This document shows positions 59,779 to 64,000 of a DNA stretch of 64,000 nt, piece after piece. Source of the DNA: the human T2T-CHM13v2.0 reference genome, Homo sapiens. A program made the position numbers and the translations under genes. The notes below the pieces were generated by a model, which was given only the letters and a program-made list of their open reading frames with translations, did not search any database and was not told the DNA's origin. The stretch lies in assembly GCF_009914755.1 (NCBI RefSeq), contig NC_060947.1; one strand, written 5' to 3'. The stretch's first letter is position 1. The number at the start of each line of letters is the position of its first letter.

Positions 59779-60365
59779 ATCTACCCTATGAAGCAATCTT
59801 TTACTTTCAGCATTTACCCCCAAGAAATGAAAGTACTCATGCCTACAAATAGTGGGATGCAAATGATCATAGATATTTTTTATGGTAACCTCTAACTGAA
59901 AACAACACAAATATCCATCAGGAAGCAAATGAATAAATGCATGATTATGTCATCATACAATTGAATACTACTTCACAATAAGAAGAAACAAAGTATTGAT
60001 ACAAGCAAACACTTAAGTGGATCTTAAAATAATTATGCTGAGTTAAAAAATGACAGATTGCAAAGAGAGAGAGAGAGAGCAAGTACTATATGATTCCATT
60101 TATACAAAATTATAGGAAATGCATACCAATTTACAGAGACAGAAAACAGATAATTGTTTGCCTAAGGAAAGGGATTGGAGTCTGCTAGATGTAGCAGGCA
60201 AAAACCCAAGAAAACATTTGGAGGTGATGGCTATGTTTATAATCTTTATCATCACGATGTTGTCACACACACACACACACGTATGGGTATATCTACAAAT
60301 TAATCATTTTGAAGGCCTTGAATATGTGTCCTATATCAATTATATCTCAATAGGCCTTTCAATAT
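59779..60365 (+). mobile_element. L1MC-type 3'UTR, part 2 (resumes after the L1PA)
   Basis: catttaccccaagaaatgaaa, aattatgctgagt, tatatgattccatttata, tcaattatatctcaata. Confidence 0.8.
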
Positions 60366-61754
60366 GTTAAACTATTGAGTCACATTAATTGATTTGTGAA
60401 TGCTGAACACACTTTACATTACAGAATACAATCTGTTGTGTTAAAAATCTATACAATCTTTTTACTCTTTATGTTCAAATGTTTCTCAAATTAGTAAGAA
60501 TATATATAAAATATGTAAATATCTATATTTTTAGAAAAAGAGGGGTCTGAAATAACTATGGGTTCATGCATTCACATCTGTTAAGTATGAATGGGTTTCA
60601 GGGTTTTAGATATTAAAATATTTCCTAATTCAATTAAAAATGGAAAGTAAAATATGGAATAAATAAGAGGTTGGAAGTAAAACACTAGAAACAAGTAAGT
60701 TATAAAATTATCTTATATACAGCCCTTTGAAATTCTGTTGGGAAAAATACTCAGATATCAAGACTAACATATCCAGTAAATGAGCAATATCGTTCAGCAA
60801 GTAAACAATCATTAAGACTTAAGGAAAAATAAATATCCTTGCTAATAGTAAACATATTCAGGGTTTAAACCATGTTCCCCTATGTCTTCCATTAATTTCA
60901 TGCGGATTGCATTATCCCTGCCTGGCATGAGTGCTGGGCAACTCTTCCTGCCATATTCATGAACTAGTAAAGTAGCACAGATTTGGCAAAAACAGTTTGT
61001 CAATTTGAATAAGCCAAGAAACTATTCACACCCTTTAATCTGGCAATTGAATTACTGAGTAAGTAGACTAAGTATTCCTTCTGAAATACTGAAAAATTTG
61101 TAGCAAAAATGTGTTGGTGGTAGCATTTTTTATTATGCCAAAATACTGCAAATAGTTTAATTCTTGCCTCCTCTTATAAACAATACATGGGCTAGCAAAG
61201 GAAATAAGTAAGAGGAATGCACATTTATAAATGTGGGAAATGTCATATATTGAGAGAAAATATAGTATAGAAAAGTGAAGCATATTTAAGTTGCACAACT
61301 TAAAACCCGAAAAAGATAGATGATAGACATATAGATAAAAATATTTGTAAAGTAAGTTTATTTTTAAATTTTCTATTATGAGATTATATTCTTGTTATAA
61401 CTAAAATAAACAAACACATCCAAGAAAAGGCTATCAAAACCATGGGATTTGGAAATGAACCAAATTCAACTAAATTTCTGAATGTATGCAATTAAGAAGA
61501 AATGGAGCTAAGGAAACACCACATAACAATGAAATATTGATTTTGTAAAAACTAGTCGTGCTAATGAGAGTTGCAATGCTTTTCTTGATGTATTTGACAA
61601 ATTAGCTTTAGAAACTGTACTTATTCTAGCAGGAAATAGCCAGGCATAACAAGTTCTTCCCAAGGCTTATTTTATCCAAGTACGTGTGCCTGAGGTAGCT
61701 GTTAATTTCTATCTCACACTTGAAAGAGAAAATGACACATATTTTTTAAAAAAT

Positions 61755-62468
61755 CATCTGACACCAGTCAGAATGGCTATTATTAAAAAATTGAAAAACA
61801 ACAGATGTTGGTGAGGATGTAGAGAAAAGGGAACACTTATACACTACTGGTGGGAAGGTAAAATAGTTCAGCCACTATGGAAAGCAGTTTGGAGATTTCT
61901 CAAAAAACTTAAAACAGAACTACCATTTGACTCTGTAATCCCATTACTGGATATATACCACCCCCCCTCCCCCAAAAAATTGTTCTATCAAAAAGACACA
62001 TGCACTTGCATGGTCATCACAGCAATACTCACAATAGCAAAGACATGGAATCAACTTAGGTACCCATCAACGGTAGACTGGATAAAGAAAATGTGGTACA
62101 TGGGCTCCATGGAATACTATGCAGCCATAAAAAAGAATTGAATTGTGTCCTCTGCAGCAAAATAAATGCAGCTGGAGGCCATTATGCTAAGAGAATTAAT
62201 GCAGGAACAGAAAAGCAAATACCACATGTCACTTGTAAGTGAGAGCTAAACATGAGTATTCATGGACGTAAATGTGGGAACAATAAACACTGGGGACTAC
62301 TCGAGGGGGGAAGAGGGAGGAGGGCAAGGACTGAGAAACTACCTTTTGGGTACTATGCTCAATATGTGAGTGGTGGGATCATTTGGACCCCAAACCTCAA
62401 CACCACACATAAAATCATGTCACACACTTGCACATGGAACACTTGAACCTAAAATAAAAATTGAAATA
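61755..62468 (+). mobile_element. L1PB-type 3' insertion
   Basis: caccagtcagaatggctattattaaaaa, ggggactact, gggtactatgctca, ccccaaacctca; TSD aaaaaatcat. Confidence 0.88.
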
Positions 62469-63243
62469 AAAAAATCATTTTTGCCTTAATTGTTTGAGTC
62501 TCTGTGTTTTCAAACTTTGAATTGCATGAGTTATGGAAACATGACTCATAAATGGATAGATTGGTACTGAGGTCATTTTGGCTTCCAAAATGCAGGAACA
62601 TACAGAGATTTTTGAATGAGACCAGAGTGCATCTGGAAGCAACAGAGTATCTGTTGTTTATTTTTGTCCTTAAGTGTGTGTAAGAGTGAGCGGGTTGGTG
62701 GGTCTGTGGCTGGTGATAAGGGAAGATGATGGTGCAGATTCTAGGTCTTAGTTGAAAATAATATCCACAAATTTCATATAAGAGAAAGAAGCCACCTCAT
62801 ATGTTGCTCTCCTACTAGCTCTTTCTTTTCCTTCTGCCTTGTGAAACCAACATTCTTCACAAGAGGATATAAGATCCATATGTTTTAGGGATTTCCTTCC
62901 CAGTCCATGAAAAGTCATCAAAGCTAATAAATGAATTAGGAATTCACTGCATTGCTAGGCCTTTCCCTGCATGGCGGTCAGCATCTGGGAATCAGGCTAT
63001 AATTTTCACTTGTGATACAGATGTCCTGGTGGTTATGTCAACAAATCACAAATCTATCATCTCTCTTTTATATCCGCTCATGCTTATTTACTGTGATTTT
63101 AGCTTTAGGCTGGTTGCAGTCTGCAAGACGTTTACCAAAAGCAGCTTGTACTGTGAGCTGACCATTCACCCACTGCTAGCTCAGGCTGGGGCCATTCTGT
63201 GATGCCAAGTGTTAAATTTCTGTCCTAGTCAGAACAGAGCCCC

Positions 63244-63626
63244 TGTATTAGTCCGTTCTCATGCTACTAATAAAGACATATCTGAGACTGAGTAATTTAT
63301 AAAGGAAAGAGGTTTAATTGACTCACAGTAACAGTGAGTTTGGCTCACTCATGGCTGGGGGTGGCATCACAATCGCAGCAGAAGGTGAATAAGGAGCAAA
63401 GTCACGTCTTACATGGCAGCAGGCAAGACAGAATTTGTGTAGGGAAACTCCCCTTTATAAAACCATCAGATCTCGTGAGACTTACTCACTATCATGAGAA
63501 TAGCATGGGAGAAACCAGCCCCCATGATTCAATTACCTCCCACTGGGTCCCTCCCACCACACATGGGAATTATGGGAGCTACAGTTCAAGGTGATATTTG
63601 GGTGGGGACAGAGCCAAACCATATCA
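63244..63626 (-). mobile_element. THE1 (B/C) solo LTR
   Basis: tgtattagtccgttctca...gccaaaccatatca; perfect TSD gcccc. Confidence 0.94.
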
Positions 63627-64000
63627 GCCCCATTTCTGCAGCATTGAAAATCCCATACTTTCTGTTGTCCTGAGTCTCCCATCACCTCCACCAACAACTT
63701 GGGTCTCCTCAAAATGTTCCATCAGCACCATCTATCCCAGGGTGTTACATGCTTCACTATCTTCTCATCAAGGATATTCCCATGCCCCAGTCACTTCAGG
63801 CTTATGGTCATTTTAATTAAATGCTTCCATTCCAGGAATGACAGTCCTTACTCCAATGCTCTCCAAATATTTTATTCTCCTAAAATATCTTTAGTCGGTT
63901 GGCTCTCACATACTGTCATGCAATAGTTGGGCATGACGAGCTTTTTCTTGAATCCAGTGGTTTGGCGTAATCATTATCTAAGCCCAGGTTTTTTCTGAAA

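Overview
This is catarrhine primate (probably human or ape) non-coding DNA: AT-rich, CpG-poor and dominated by interspersed repeats. It contains AluJ/S/Y and FLAM/FRAM monomers, L1 fragments of several ages, MaLR solo LTRs (five THE1, several MLT1), ERV1 LTRs (MER50, MER4, MER41), DNA-transposon fossils (MER82, Tigger3, MADE1, a Charlie-like and a possible Ricksha-like piece) and many simple repeats. I can support no protein-coding gene, RNA gene, CRISPR array or CpG island. The ORFs I could interpret are Alu-, LTR- or low-complexity artefacts or broken L1 ORF2 pieces, and the rest show no recognisable protein. I see no convincing new biological system. The best leads are: a ~1 kb AT-rich minisatellite with a hairpin in its repeat unit at an L1 insertion junction (13631-14650); a compact cluster of TAATCC, paired SOX sites and inverted octamers (52263-52334); an AluY lacking a target-site duplication (TSD) with strong left/right CpG asymmetry; a trimeric Alu; a twin-primed L1PA; and an unexplained segment bounded by inverted repeats inside an L1. 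Repeat family names come from my recollection of consensus sequences and need RepeatMasker/Dfam confirmation. Boundaries of old elements are approximate.
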